DNA from: an uncultured delta proteobacterium | GTDB taxonomy: Bacteria > Desulfobacterota > Binatia > UBA9968 | Assembly (NCBI GenBank): GCA_963771465.1 | Contig: CAVYTU010000013.1 | Coordinates: 32,001-96,000 of the forward strand | Direction of reading: 5' to 3' | Length of the DNA: 64,000 nucleotides | Shown: one piece after another, positions 1 to 8,757 of the stretch | Layout: each line of letters opens with the position of its first letter | How positions within the stretch are numbered: the stretch's first letter is position 1 | Notes under the pieces: model-generated | Told to the model about the DNA's origin: nothing | The model's database searches: none | What the model saw: the letters and a program-made list of their open reading frames with translations, nothing else | Program-made: the position numbers and the translations under genes

Positions 1-292
1 GCTCGACATCGACCGTCGTGCCGGCGTTGTTAATCAGCACGTCGAGGCGGCCAAACTCTTTTTCAGCCGCCGCCAGCATGGCGCGCACGGACGGATCGTC
101 GCTAACATCACAGCGGTAAAGCAGCGTGCGCGCGCCGGCCGTTTCACAATGGCGCGCGGTGAGCTTGGCCGCGTCTTCGCTGCGGCTGTAATTGACGATA
201 ACGTCGTAGCCATTTTTCGCCAGCGCAATGGCGGCGCTACGGCCAATGCCGGTGGCTGAGCCGGTTACCAGAGCGACGGGTTTTTCGTTCAT
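1..292 (-). CDS. SDR family oxidoreductase (5' part; runs off the window start)
   Basis: Manual translation from ATG at 292: MNEKPVALVTGSATGIGRSAAIALAKNGYDVIVNY...GRLDVLINNAG, with TGxxxGIG and NNAG motifs. Not in the ORF track. Confidence 0.9.
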   Translation of the reverse strand, partial: MNEKPVALVTGSATGIGRSAAIALAKNGYDVIVNYSRSEDAAKLTARHCETAGARTLLYRCDVSDDPSVRAMLAAAEKEFGRLDVLINNAGTTVDVE

Positions 293-486
293 GACGGCTC
301 TGCTTGTAGCAGAAAAATCAAAGCAGCGTCAACGCGATGAAACCGTTGAACATTGACTCTACCCCAACTTTTGGAGTAACAAATCGATGGACGAACTTAT
401 AAGCGAATCGTCTTTTTATACGCTCATGACGGGAGAACTTTAACTTAATATGTACAACGCTCGACTACATTGTCTCAAGTGATCCT

Positions 487-1479
487 GTGCGCCGCGGTTA
501 CCGCCATTACGATGGGGAGTTTTTTACGCCATCCGTTTCGGCTCAGGATCTCGTCGTCAAAGCTCAAGAGGAGAAAAAGCTGGTTCTCTACCACAGCACC
601 GGCATCGAGGACACCCAGCAGATAATCGAACTATTTCGCAAGCGATATCCTTTCTTGCTGGTCGAGAATCATCGATTGTCGAGCCAGAAATTGTTTCAAA
701 GAATTGTCAGCGAAGTGCGCGCCGGGCGTAATCTGGCCGATGCCTATATAATCAGCGGCGCAGAGACCTGGCTGCTGAAGGACATGGGATTTTTGGCGCC
801 CTATCTCTCACCCGAGCGATCACGAATCCGGCCGTCGCTGATAGATCGGCAGGGCTATTGGACCGGCATACTTTGGAATCTCGGCGTCCTGGGCTATAAC
901 ACGCGGATGGTCGCACCGGACAGGCTTCCAAAGCGATGGGAAGACTTATTGCAGCCTCATTGGAAGGGACTTATCGGTTTGGAAGCGGAGGACGTGACCT
1001 GGTACATCTTCATGTTGAAGCTAATGGGGAATCAGAAGGGCAAGGCATTTATGGCGCAACTGGCGCGCCAGCAGCCCCAGGTGCGGAGTGGTTACAACCT
1101 GGTTGCCGCGCTCATGGTTGCCGGCGAATTCGCGCTGGTGCCGACCGCCCGAGTGCACCGGGTTGAACAGGCAAAATTAGACGGCGCGCCGGTGGATTGG
1201 TTGGCGATCGAACCACTGACGCCCGAACCCCCGGTTTCTGTCAGCTTACCGAAGAACGCAGCGCGCCCCAACGCGGGAAAATTGTTTATTGATTTTGTTC
1301 TCTCGCGGCCGGCTCAAGAACTGCTCTACCGGCTCAAAAGAATCCCCAGTCGAAGCGATGCGCCCCAACCGATTCCTCGATTGGCGCAAGTCAAGCTTAT
1401 CGACGCTGAGTTCGAAAAAGAAATCGGCAACTTTGGCCGCTACACCAAAGAGTATCGCGAGATCTTTGGCGTGCCGTAA
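487..1479 (+). CDS. Extracellular solute-binding protein, Fe3+/polyamine-type ABC family; signal peptide appears frameshifted at the poly-T at 520-525
   Basis: AQEEKKLVLYHS, LGYNT..V, PKRWEDLL.P.WKG and NAGKLFIDFVLS motifs. A hydrophobic leader VILCAAVTAITMGSF lies in a different frame just upstream. Confidence 0.85.
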   Translation: MRRGYRHYDGEFFTPSVSAQDLVVKAQEEKKLVLYHSTGIEDTQQIIELFRKRYPFLLVENHRLSSQKLFQRIVSEVRAGRNLADAYIISGAETWLLKDMGFLAPYLSPERSRIRPSLIDRQGYWTGILWNLGVLGYNTRMVAPDRLPKRWEDLLQPHWKGLIGLEAEDVTWYIFMLKLMGNQKGKAFMAQLARQQPQVRSGYNLVAALMVAGEFALVPTARVHRVEQAKLDGAPVDWLAIEPLTPEPPVSVSLPKNAARPNAGKLFIDFVLSRPAQELLYRLKRIPSRSDAPQPIPRLAQVKLIDAEFEKEIGNFGRYTKEYREIFGVP

Positions 1480-1504
1480 AGGCGTCTCATTCGATCGTGA
1501 CAGG

Positions 1505-2686
1505 TTAACTCCTTCGATCTGCTGCGGTCAGGATTTGGCCGCCTGCGCGTTCCGCATCGACGCGCGCCATGAATTTCGGCGACAGCTCGCGCAAGCGTTC
1601 ATCGGTCATGCGCCCGCTCCGGGTCATATAATCGTAAGCTAGTTCCCAGGGCTTTAATTTCATCTTTTCGGCTAAGCGCTCATACCAGTACGAACTCGCG
1701 TTGGCGGCGGCGGCGATCTTTTCGACGATGGGCCGGCGCGCGCGCTCGAAGACAGCTAGCGCGTGGGGCACGTTGGTGCCCGCTTCGGCGAATGCGCGAT
1801 CCAGAGCGATGGCGTCTTCGAAGGCGAGGCGGGTGCCCGAGCCGATGGAAAAATGCACAGTGCGCTGGGCATCGCCCAACAGCACCGAATTGTCGACGGA
1901 CCATCGGTTGGTAACGAGCAGCGGAAACTGGCGCCAGATAGACTTATTGGATACCAGCGGATGGCCGTTTAAGTCCGGCGCAAAGACCTGCTCGCAGTAG
2001 CCGCGGCTCGCGTCCTCTGACATTCGATCCAAGCCGGCGCGGCGCCAGGTCGCTTCATCGCATTCGACGACAAAAGTGCTCATCGTGCGACTGTGGCGGT
2101 AATGGTGCGCGACGAAGTGGCCGTCGCGGTTGGCGCGGAAAGTCAGGCTCAGGCAATCGAATGGCTCCGCCGTGCCGTACCACGCGAAGTGGTTGGTAAG
2201 CCATTCGGTCTTCAGCTGGTATTTTGCTTCCAATGCGCGGCGCACGAACGAGTTGGCGCCGTCGGCCCCGACAAGCAAGTCGCAGTCTTTTACTCGGTCG
2301 AGGGAATCGACCGCGTGACCGTACTCAATGCTCACGTCAGCGGCGCGGCACAGCTCGTCGAGGAATTGGTTAAGTTCCAGCCGGCCGATGGCCGAAAAGC
2401 CGTTGCCGTCGATTTCGACCCGCTCATCCTGGTGGACGATGCGCTGCATCGGCCAGGATTCTAGCTGCGGCATTAAGAGCAGGTGAAAATCGGCTACGTC
2501 GCGTTCGAGAAACGCCAGCGCATTCAAAGAAAACACGACGCCGAAGCCAAAAGTCGCATGGGGCGGATTTTGTTCAAAGACGGTGACCGTCCAAGCCGGG
2601 AAGCGCCGTTTGATCAAAAGAGCGAAGAGTAGACCGGCCGGGCCGGCGCCGATGATGTTAATTTGCACGGAACCTTGTGCTCCCAT
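1505..2686 (-). CDS. FAD-dependent monooxygenase, similar to the hydroxylase domain of salicylyl-CoA/anthraniloyl-CoA monooxygenases
   Basis: IIGAGPAGL, TFGFGVVFS, GADGANS and LLGDAQRTVHFSIGSGTRLAFEDAIAL motifs. Alternative GTG start at 2668. Confidence 0.85.
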   Translation of the reverse strand: MGAQGSVQINIIGAGPAGLLFALLIKRRFPAWTVTVFEQNPPHATFGFGVVFSLNALAFLERDVADFHLLLMPQLESWPMQRIVHQDERVEIDGNGFSAIGRLELNQFLDELCRAADVSIEYGHAVDSLDRVKDCDLLVGADGANSFVRRALEAKYQLKTEWLTNHFAWYGTAEPFDCLSLTFRANRDGHFVAHHYRHSRTMSTFVVECDEATWRRAGLDRMSEDASRGYCEQVFAPDLNGHPLVSNKSIWRQFPLLVTNRWSVDNSVLLGDAQRTVHFSIGSGTRLAFEDAIALDRAFAEAGTNVPHALAVFERARRPIVEKIAAAANASSYWYERLAEKMKLKPWELAYDYMTRSGRMTDERLRELSPKFMARVDAERAGGQILTAADRRS

Positions 2687-2739
2687 TCTGTGAACTCAGC
2701 GTCTCTGCGGTGAATCCTTTTTGCGTTCTTTGCGGCTGA
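2686..2739. repeat. Short periodic (about 9 bp) intergenic repeats, CTCTGCG/CTTTGCG type
   Basis: ttctgtgaa ctcagcgtc tctgcggtgaat ... tttgcgttc tttgcggct. Confidence 0.5.
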
Positions 2740-2753
2740 TTCTCCGAGCGACG

Positions 2754-3671
2754 CTAGGCGAAGCGCGGGAATAGCTGTAGCGCATTGTGCTCTTCGACGG
2801 CGACTCGCGCCGCGGCGTCGAAACCGTCGTAGTGTTGCCAATGATCCACTTCCTGCTGCAAGCGTGCGCCGTAGACGAACGGCAAGTCGGAGCCCCACAG
2901 GATATGGGCTGGATCGGCGAACTCTTGCAGCGAGCGGAGCGCGAATGCCGACGTGGTGCTGGCGGTTTCATAGTAGAGCGCGCGCAGTGTTGGAATCACG
3001 TCGGCGACATTTTTAGCGCCGCGATGGCCTTCCATCATGGCGATCCGTTGGGCGAGAAATGGCACGGTGCCGCCGCCGTGGGCGACGATGAAGCGGATAT
3101 CGGGGCAGCGCTTGAGTGTGCCGGTATAAATGAGATTGACGATGGCGCGGGTGGTGTCGAAGACATATTCGACCGCGAACGGCGGCGCGCGCAAGCCCGT
3201 GTGCTCGGGCGCTTCGCAGTGGGTCGGATGGATGAACGCGACGGCTTTGCGCCGGTTAAGCTCGTCGAAGACCGGATCGAACGCCGGATCGCCCAAGTAG
3301 CAATCGTTCACGCTGGAAAAAAGTCCGACGCCGTCGAGACGCAAAACATCCAACGCATAGGATACTTCTTCGAGCGCGCCGTCAACGTCTGGCAGCGGCA
3401 GCAGCGCGAACGAGCCGAGGCGTGAAGGGTGATCGTGCGACCGGCGCGCTTGGAACTCGTTACAGTCCCGCGCCACCGCGCGCAGACGGTTGATGTTTTT
3501 TAACACCACTCGCGGCGTGAGCGATGTGATGGCCGCGCGAATGCCCCAACTATCCATCGATCCCAGTTGCGCCTCGGCATCGGGAATTGTAACCGGCAGA
3601 GAGTCGTCGGCGTACTGCGGCGGCACGACGTGGTGATGCACATCGATGCGCCGGTTATTATTTTCAGTCAT
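2754..3671 (-). CDS. Amidohydrolase_2 family protein (aromatic acid decarboxylase/ACMSD-like)
   Basis: IDVHHH, FIHP, AHGGGTVPFL and LWGSDLPF motifs. Confidence 0.88.
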   Translation of the reverse strand: MTENNNRRIDVHHHVVPPQYADDSLPVTIPDAEAQLGSMDSWGIRAAITSLTPRVVLKNINRLRAVARDCNEFQARRSHDHPSRLGSFALLPLPDVDGALEEVSYALDVLRLDGVGLFSSVNDCYLGDPAFDPVFDELNRRKAVAFIHPTHCEAPEHTGLRAPPFAVEYVFDTTRAIVNLIYTGTLKRCPDIRFIVAHGGGTVPFLAQRIAMMEGHRGAKNVADVIPTLRALYYETASTTSAFALRSLQEFADPAHILWGSDLPFVYGARLQQEVDHWQHYDGFDAAARVAVEEHNALQLFPRFA

Positions 3672-3937
3672 TATGCTGGCTCATATTTTTATCTCCGACC
3701 GATAGCTGGTTTATGATTTACTACGACCGTCGCCGCCAAACCTATTTGATCGCCAACGACTCTGTCAATCTAACCTGGCCGCGAAGCGGTAAAATTGCCG
3801 CGGAACGTGCCGTACGGTACTTATGGACATTCTTCGCCGCTTGGAGTATTCGAGCCGAGTCGGCATGAAGCAGCAATGTGGTAGTTGGCGCAGGTTTCAA
3901 TCCGCAATTCCTAAGAATTAGTTATGGAGGGCGAGGC

Positions 3938-4945
3938 ATGACTACTTTCTCTACGGTTGTCGTCTCAGTCGGAATTCTTCTCGCCGCCTGGGTTGGTTCA
4001 GTGAAACCAGCCGCCGCACAGTCATCGAGCCTCACGGCGTTTTACACCGCGCCGGTGGTTTCCATGGCGCCCATGTGGATCGCCAAAGAAGCCGGATTTT
4101 TCAAGAAGCATGGTTTGGATGTAAAGCTGGTTTTCATCGCTTCCGGTCCGATGGGAACCACTTCGATACTTTCTGGCGACGTCGATGTTGGCATCATCGG
4201 CGGCTTTGCGCCGATACGGGCGATCGCCGGTGGGGCAAAAAATCTAGTCATGATCGGCCAAAGCAAAAACCGCATGACCGGCGCGATCGTCGGCAAAAAA
4301 GAAATCGCTAGCGTGCAAGACCTCAGGGGCAAGCGGCTTGGTATCGATCGGGTCGGTTCGAATCCGGACATGTTCACGCAAGCCGCGCTGGCGCGCTTCC
4401 AGATGGATCCGCTCAAAGACCTGCAATACATTCAACTCGGCAGTATCGGTCAGGGAATCCCGGCGCTCAAGGCGGGAACGATTGACGCCGTCAGCACGAG
4501 CACGCCGCACGATCTGTTTGCTCAGCGGTTGGGCTTCAAGGTGATTTTGGATATCACAGCCATGAAGATTCCCTTGGCATCCACTGTCCTCGCCTCCGCT
4601 CGCAATACGGTAGATCGCAAACAGCCGGAACTGACGAGGTTCATGCGTGCTTACGCTGAAGCCGTGCACTATTTTCTGACGAACCGAGAAGGAACGAGTC
4701 AGATCATCACTAAGTATACTAAGGTCGAAGACCGAGACGTGGTCGCCCATTCCATCGAGTCCGAGACGATGGCTGTGGAAAGAACTCTGCAAATCGATCC
4801 CAAAGGCATCGAGCTGATCCTCGCGCTCATGAGTAAGTCGATGCCGCAGGCTTCCACGGTGAAAACCGAGGAGTTCTACGACTCGCGTTTCACCAATGAA
4901 CTGAGAGACAGCGGATTTCTCAAACGGTTATGGGCAGAGAAATGA
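3938..4945 (+). CDS. ABC substrate-binding protein, NMT1/SsuA/TauA-like
   Basis: Signal peptide, AKEAGFFKKHGLDVKL and DLRGKRLG motifs. ATG 3938 follows GGAGG. Confidence 0.88.
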   Translation: MTTFSTVVVSVGILLAAWVGSVKPAAAQSSSLTAFYTAPVVSMAPMWIAKEAGFFKKHGLDVKLVFIASGPMGTTSILSGDVDVGIIGGFAPIRAIAGGAKNLVMIGQSKNRMTGAIVGKKEIASVQDLRGKRLGIDRVGSNPDMFTQAALARFQMDPLKDLQYIQLGSIGQGIPALKAGTIDAVSTSTPHDLFAQRLGFKVILDITAMKIPLASTVLASARNTVDRKQPELTRFMRAYAEAVHYFLTNREGTSQIITKYTKVEDRDVVAHSIESETMAVERTLQIDPKGIELILALMSKSMPQASTVKTEEFYDSRFTNELRDSGFLKRLWAEK

Positions 4946-4964
4946 GGAGGATTGCCCGATAGGA

Positions 4965-4998
4965 TTTGAACGGCTAGAACATTTTGAACGATTGGAAC
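4965..4998. repeat. 9-bp periodic TTGAAC repeat
   Basis: tttgaacgg ctagaacat tttgaacga ttggaac. Confidence 0.7.
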
Positions 4999-5025
4999 TC
5001 TCAATTCGAAGAGAAGGAGACCGAC

Positions 5026-5139
5026 ATGATCGAGACTGAAGGGCTGACAGGTGCGGAAACTTTGCTGCGCGTATTATCACACATGGGTGTCGATCGAATT
5101 TTTTCTTCGCCCGGCTCGGAACGGTCGCTCGAATTTTAG
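5026..5139 (+). pseudogene. N-terminal remnant of a thiamine-diphosphate-dependent enzyme
   Basis: AAGGAG RBS then MIETEGLTGAETLLRVLSHMGVDRIFSSPGSERSLEF* (37 aa), matching the TGAE..L..L...GV..IF..PG start of ThDP enzymes. Confidence 0.7.
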
Positions 5140-5153
5140 GAGGAGAGATTTCT

Positions 5154-5582
5154 ATGGCAGACGCGCATATTCTGAGAATCGATTCGTTGCCGGTAGTCGA
5201 CCGCGGCAACGGCATCCAGACAATACCTTTGGTCACGAAAGCGCTCGGCTCGAACCATATCACGACGGGGATCACTCGATTTCCGGTGGGCGCCGAGGTT
5301 CCCATGCATTCTCATAACTGCGATGAGCAGGTGACGATCCTCGAAGGAGAGGCCGACGTGGACATCGATGGACAGCGCCATCGGCGGCTGCATGCGTTCG
5401 ACACGACACTAGTTCCGGCCAATCAGCCGCACCGTTTTGTGAATGTCGGCACGACGCCGCTGGCGATCCTATGGATCTATACTTCCACCGAGGTGACCCG
5501 CACGTTTGCCGAAACCGGCGAAACGGTCGCGCATCTTTCCGAGTATGATCAAGTGAGTCCGCTGCTTAGGAAGGGTCAGTAA
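5154..5582 (+). CDS. Cupin domain protein
   Basis: PMHSHNCDEQVTILEGEA and VPANQPHRFVN cupin motifs; AGGAGG RBS. Confidence 0.88.
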   Translation: MADAHILRIDSLPVVDRGNGIQTIPLVTKALGSNHITTGITRFPVGAEVPMHSHNCDEQVTILEGEADVDIDGQRHRRLHAFDTTLVPANQPHRFVNVGTTPLAILWIYTSTEVTRTFAETGETVAHLSEYDQVSPLLRKGQ

Positions 5583-5630
5583 ACTCCGTAAAGTAAACTA
5601 TCAATCGCTCGACACATGCGAGATGTGCGG

Positions 5631-5951
5631 TTAGCCCGGCGTGGCAAGTTTGAGACCGATGATGCCGGCTACGATCAACATGACACTGATCAGCCGAGCA
5701 GGATTTGCCTGTTCACCGAAGAGAACAATGCCGAGTATCACCGTGCCAACGGCGCCGACGCCGACCCAAACAGCGTAGGCGGTTCCCACTGGTAGCGATT
5801 TCATGGCGACGCCGAGTAGCCACAAGCTGACGGCCATGGCAGCGACGGTGCCGAGAGTGGGCCACAAGCGGCTAAATCCTTCCGTGTACTTGAGCCCGAT
5901 TGCCCAGCCGACCTCGCACAAACCTGCGATGAAAAGAGTGACCCAAGCCAT
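5631..5951 (-). CDS. sugE: SMR family exporter, SugE/Gdx subtype
   Basis: 106 aa, four TM helices, [23 protein letters not shown] and [17 protein letters not shown]. Confidence 0.92.
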   Translation of the reverse strand: MAWVTLFIAGLCEVGWAIGLKYTEGFSRLWPTLGTVAAMAVSLWLLGVAMKSLPVGTAYAVWVGVGAVGTVILGIVLFGEQANPARLISVMLIVAGIIGLKLATPG

Positions 5952-6091
5952 GTGTGTTCCTTTCTTCGGCTGTGGAAATTACTTCGACGTTAATCCGAAG
6001 TCATCTCGGCGGCGGGACGATACGGGGAAGGGAGAGGTCTTCGGAAGACGAAGAATCGTAGCGCGCAATCTTGCGGTTTGGACCATAGGTT

Positions 6092-6682
6092 TTACACCAT
6101 TGTGATGAATCCCGGCTGCGCCGTCACCCGTTGAATCCACGCGCGGATCTTTGGAAAATCGCCGAGCGGGAATCCGCCTTCGTCGGCGACATGCGTGTAG
6201 GCGAAAAGAGCGATGTCGGCGATGGAATATTCGCCGATGAAAAAATCGTACTTTGCCAGATGGTCTTCCATTATCTTGAGCGCGGCCCAGCCGCCGTCGC
6301 GCTTCGATGCGAGCAACGCGGCGCGCTCGGGCGAGTTCGGCTTATGTTGGAGCCAGAAGCGCGAGGTGGCGATGAACGGTTCGTGGCTGTACTGTTCAAA
6401 GCAGAGCCATTGCAACACGAGCGCGAATTGTTTTCGATCGTCGGGAAGAAATTTCGTACCGCGAGCGAGGTAGGCGAGGATGGCATTGGATTCGGCGAGC
6501 ACAAAGCCGTTGTCATCGAGCACCGGCGTGCGGCCGTTGGGATTGATCTTGAGAAACTCTGCCGTGCGGCTTGCGCCGTTCAAAATATCGACTTCGACGA
6601 TCTTGCAGGGAATGCCGAGATGACTCAGCAGAAGTCGAACTTTGTAGGAGTTGCCCGAGTAAGCGACGTTGTACAGCTTCAT
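6092..6682 (-). CDS. Glutathione S-transferase family protein
   Basis: SGNSYKVRLLL, INPNGRTPVL, LAESNAIL and YSIADIALFAYTH motifs. Confidence 0.92.
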   Translation of the reverse strand: MKLYNVAYSGNSYKVRLLLSHLGIPCKIVEVDILNGASRTAEFLKINPNGRTPVLDDNGFVLAESNAILAYLARGTKFLPDDRKQFALVLQWLCFEQYSHEPFIATSRFWLQHKPNSPERAALLASKRDGGWAALKIMEDHLAKYDFFIGEYSIADIALFAYTHVADEGGFPLGDFPKIRAWIQRVTAQPGFITMV

Positions 6683-6688
6683 AGAAAA

Positions 6689-6825
6689 CAGCCGTTCAAA
6701 ACGTTCAATGAGTTCAAGCCGTTCAATCCCCTACCTCTTTCCTCCCCCGCGACGCGTGGGAGGATGAAGGAGGGGGGCTGGACCAGAGCGCAGCGGTTGA
6801 GCGGCTTGAACGTTTTGAACGGCTG
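6689..6825. repeat. 137-bp MITE/REP-like element with perfect 20-bp terminal inverted repeats built from 9-bp GTTCAA units
   Basis: cagccgttcaaaacgttcaa (6689-6708) and ttgaacgttttgaacggctg (6806-6825), with an internal imperfect hairpin cctccc..cgcgacgcg..gggagg. Confidence 0.8.
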
Positions 6826-7962
6826 CTAGACCTGTGGCTCCAGTATTTCTAGTCCATCATACCGGTCCATCAGATACAGCTTGCCGTCTTTGTCGTGAAA
6901 GACGTCGTTGCTCATGACGACCTTCTGGTCTTTGCCGGGATTGGGGATGTAGTAGCCGACTTCCTTCGGTTGGTATGGGTTGGAAAAATCCACGGCGCGC
7001 AGGCCGCCGCCGAACCAGGTGACGTACAACGTGTTGCCGTAAACTTGCTCCGCCGGTTGGTGCGCGCCGAAGCGAAACTCGTGCGTCGACTTGCCGTCGA
7101 AGGGCACGATGAAGGTGGCCACAGGCAGCGGCAATTCTTCCTTGGTGATGTCGACGACCCAGAGAAAGGCATTGTGAGTTTGATTCAGCTTCTCGCCGAC
7201 CTCTTCGTCGGTGACGATCAGCCAGTCGCGCTCCATGATTTTGTTCAACATCGGCAGCGTCGTGTGCGTCGGGCAAGGATAGGGCGGGCTCCAGTCGAGC
7301 ATGCTGACGGTTCTCGGTTTGCTCAGGTTGGAAATGTCCACGATGGCGAAGCCGCCGTGCCAGTAGCTGATGTACAATCGGTCGCCGCGCCGGATCGGAT
7401 GATGGCAGCGCGTGTCGGCGCCTTTGAAGTTCGGCGTTTCGCCGCCGGCGACCCACTGGCCGGGCATCCACCAGCGCATGACTTCTTCCGGCTGCTCGGG
7501 ATTTTTCATGTCGAGCATCATGGCGATGTTGCCTTGATAGCCATCGACCGTCGGCGAGATATAGGCGTAGCGGCCGTCGTAGGTGAAACGATGCACACCT
7601 TTACCCGGCGTCTTGTACATGGCAATCTCGCGCGGTTTGGCGCGATTGGAGATGTCGAAGATTTTCAGCCCGGCCTGGAGTTCCTGTTTCGGTTTATAAC
7701 GCTCGTAGTTGATCAGCATGATATCGCCGCTGACGCGAACTTTGTGCGAGTGCAACCCTTCGGCGATCTCGATATGTGACACGACTTTGGGGTTCTTCGG
7801 ATCTTTGACATCGATGATCGACGTGCCATGCGGCGGGTCCATGTGGCCGACGTAGGCGTAGCCGTTCTCGACGACCACCGAACCGCCGCCGGCTAAATCC
7901 ATGCGGCCGATTTGTTTGATGTTCTTACTGACGCCAACCGGGGCTGTGCCGTTGGTTGCCAT
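6826..7962 (-). CDS. LVIVD-repeat beta-propeller protein
   Basis: Repeated IIDVKDPKNP, IFDISNRAKP, IVDISNLSKP and AVDFSNPYQP units with conserved His residues. Confidence 0.85.
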   Translation of the reverse strand: MATNGTAPVGVSKNIKQIGRMDLAGGGSVVVENGYAYVGHMDPPHGTSIIDVKDPKNPKVVSHIEIAEGLHSHKVRVSGDIMLINYERYKPKQELQAGLKIFDISNRAKPREIAMYKTPGKGVHRFTYDGRYAYISPTVDGYQGNIAMMLDMKNPEQPEEVMRWWMPGQWVAGGETPNFKGADTRCHHPIRRGDRLYISYWHGGFAIVDISNLSKPRTVSMLDWSPPYPCPTHTTLPMLNKIMERDWLIVTDEEVGEKLNQTHNAFLWVVDITKEELPLPVATFIVPFDGKSTHEFRFGAHQPAEQVYGNTLYVTWFGGGLRAVDFSNPYQPKEVGYYIPNPGKDQKVVMSNDVFHDKDGKLYLMDRYDGLEILEPQV

Positions 7963-8017
7963 GGGTTCTCCTTTATGATTGGAACTGCAATGTTGAAAAA
8001 ACTTCTTGAGTCAATAG

Positions 8018-8085
8018 ATTGTCATCTCGAACGAAGTGAGAGATCTTTCCGGAAGGATTTCTCAGCTGCGGTTCGGAATGACAAT
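8018..8085. repeat. REP-like palindrome, TGTCAT..CGA...GAGAnATCT family
   Basis: attgtcatctcgaac...gagagatct / ggatttctc...gttcggaatgacaat; related to 24561 and 51956. Confidence 0.7.
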
Positions 8086-8106
8086 TGAATTCTAATTTGC
8101 GCCCAA

Positions 8107-8745
8107 CTAGCTTTTGGCCTTTTGAATCATGTCAATTACTTGCTGTGTACTTCGCACGCGCGCCATGCGCGGGAAGACGAGTTCCATCAGCATGTCATGG
8201 GCGCGCTGGTCGTGCGACGTACCGCAGGCGTCGCTGGCGACGATCATGTTATAGTCCAAGTCGCGGCCCGAATACATAGTCGAAGTGACGCCGACATCGG
8301 TGGAACCGCCGGAAATGATGATCGTGTCGATGCCGCGGCTGCGCAGCGCGAGATCGAGATAGGTTTGAAAGAATGCGCTCCAGCGGTACTTCACGATAAA
8401 ATAGTCGTCGGGTTTAGGCTCCAGGTCGGCGAGTACGTCGGAACTTTTGTCGCCGGCGATGACGTGCATTTTAGTTTTCGTCACCTCGCCATTGGGCCAA
8501 GGTGTGAGTGAGTTATTGGTATCGGTTAGGATCGCCGCATTGGTCGCGCCATCGGGGCGATGATTTCCCTTGGCGAAAAACACTGGCAGACCGGCGGCGC
8601 GGCCGGCTTTGCTGAGCTTTATCGCGTTTTGAAGCCACGGCTTTAAGATGCGCGGCTTGCCCGGTTCCGGCTCTGGCACGTAGCCGTTCAGAATGTCGAA
8701 GAACAGCAGGGCGGTTTTATCGAGAGTAAAATCTTTGACGTTCAT
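8107..8745 (-). CDS. Isochorismatase-family cysteine hydrolase
   Basis: ALLFFDILN, KYRWSAFFQTYLDLALRSRGIDTIII and DACGT motifs. The usual catalytic Cys position reads STDVGV. Confidence 0.85.
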   Translation of the reverse strand: MNVKDFTLDKTALLFFDILNGYVPEPEPGKPRILKPWLQNAIKLSKAGRAAGLPVFFAKGNHRPDGATNAAILTDTNNSLTPWPNGEVTKTKMHVIAGDKSSDVLADLEPKPDDYFIVKYRWSAFFQTYLDLALRSRGIDTIIISGGSTDVGVTSTMYSGRDLDYNMIVASDACGTSHDQRAHDMLMELVFPRMARVRSTQQVIDMIQKAKS

Positions 8746-8757
8746 CAGGTTATTCTC

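Noticed and set aside
5590-5640. GGCTAAC at the sugE stop, suggesting an attC as in qac cassettes
   Set aside because: No L''/L' boxes or properly spaced GTTRRRY follow; only a small hairpin is present.
6010-6035. GGGACGA resembling a guanidine-II loop
   Set aside because: It is on the non-coding strand relative to sugE and has no closing stem or second hairpin.
6895-7779. Long antisense ORFs here and at 2787, 45364, 46498, 53140 and 61184
   Set aside because: They are shadows of well-supported genes on the opposite strand, common in high-GC DNA, and show no motifs.
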